Shown piece after piece: positions 62,813 to 64,000 of a DNA stretch of 64,000 nucleotides. The stretch is from Rhina ancylostomus (lineage: Eukaryota). A program made the position numbers and the translations under genes. Each line of letters begins with the position of its first letter. Position 1 is the stretch's first letter. The stretch spans positions 17,837,070 to 17,901,069 of the forward strand of contig JARFYF010000118.1 of the NCBI GenBank assembly GCA_030265395.1, read 5' to 3'. The notes beneath the pieces were generated by a model. It made no database searches and was not told where the DNA came from. It saw only the letters and a program-made list of their open reading frames with translations.

Positions 62813-64000
62813 AATGAGCATCAACAAGTTATTGAAACATCTGATTAATGGTATAGAAAGCTTGTTTTGATAATCAACCTGCAACAGGTTTCAGCTATTT
62901 CATACTATAAACTATAACACATCATTCCATTGCAGATTTCAAGGATAAGCATTTACCATGATTGAAATCAATGTAAGTCAGCTATTTTCTTTCAGTAGGT
63001 TTGTTCAGTAATCACAGTTGCAAGTCTGACTTGAGGGTTTTTTCAATTTCTGTTGTGTTGAGGTGGCATGGGATATCAGAATTTCTTTACAAAGTAAGAT
63101 TATTTGTTACATCATTGTTTATGTATCCAAGAGAAACTTAATGTTGGCCATCAGTGTCCAACTATTTCTACAGGGTTTTCACCTTCTCCTTTCCACCTGA
63201 CAGTCATTTGCAGGTGTTAGTAACTCTTAGTGTGATGGAGATCTTTTATTGGTTTAAACCCATTCTAATCTCAAATTTTGTTTGACAGTTCATTTCCTGG
63301 GTGTTGCTTCATCTTCACTGCAATATCCTCGCCAGGAATACAGTAGAAATGGGAAGTTACTGTTCTACCAGTTTGTTATTGGGTTTTATCTTACCTCTGT
63401 GTTAATCTCAAGTATTAGCCATTTATAAGGATCATTTTGTTAAGCATTTTTCAGAAGCTGAAGTACAAGAGGGTGTAGAGTTCTTCTCATTCAACTTGCT
63501 TTGTCACCTTAATGAGTTTAGTCAGGCTTGATCTAACTTCATCAGATTTTATTTTGTTGCTCATTTCTAGTCATTATCTGTTGGTTGTCAAGTTTGTTTC
63601 TGCTTAGTTCATAACACTGATGGTTCAGCAGTTGACGGAGTCTTTTTGTTTTGAAAATGAGCAAAATTTCATCTATAATGTGGTATGACCGTCACTGCCT
63701 CACAACTCTCCTTTGTCTCTCAGGGGGTAAGTTGTTTTTGCCCTTGAGAGATTTTTGATTTTATCTAGAATCTTAAACTGTTTTCAATTTCATTTTGATT
63801 ATTTCTGGTGTCCTCATGAAGCTGACTTAAAAACTCTTCCACTTGCCTTTTGCTGAAGGGTTTTGAATGGATCGCTTAAGTCAATTTATTTCCTTACAAT
63901 GATTGGAATTAGAGTTTTTAAGTTGTTTTAGTCTGACAAGCATGTTAAATATACTTGTCAGTCCAAAGCAGTTTAAAAGTGCAAATTTGGGTTCAACACT

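Noticed and set aside
1-64000. CRISPR arrays, operons or other prokaryotic systems
   Set aside because: The sequence is eukaryotic intron DNA; no regularly spaced repeats or dense coding regions are present.

Overview
AT-rich, CpG-depleted vertebrate DNA with ten N-gaps. The repeat content (HE1/V-SINEs, CR1-type LINE tails, Deu-domain SINEs, Rex1/Babar tails, Penelope-derived foldbacks) points to a cartilaginous fish, probably a ray or shark. The whole window lies inside one large + strand gene, ADGRB1 (BAI1, adhesion GPCR B1). Five consecutive coding exons (GPS/Stachel through TM4/ECL2) were read with GT-AG sites and matching phases: 9812-9938, 29340-29443, 38184-38286, 45233-45383, 53624-53693. 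Most ORFs in the supplied track are spurious or retroelement debris. Main points of interest: (1) a CpG-rich island at the GPS exon with in-frame upstream ATGs, plus a separate in-frame candidate first exon at 4831-4994, suggesting internal promoters for short ADGRB1 isoforms lacking the ectodomain; (2) an intact, solitary SLC6-transporter exon (23989-24151) inside an ADGRB1 intron, flanked by Penelope-like sequence; (3) a T-to-R change next to the GPS cleavage site; (4) minimal hammerhead-ribozyme motifs in the foldback repeats. Repeat boundaries are approximate and family names come from recognition by eye, not from a database search.
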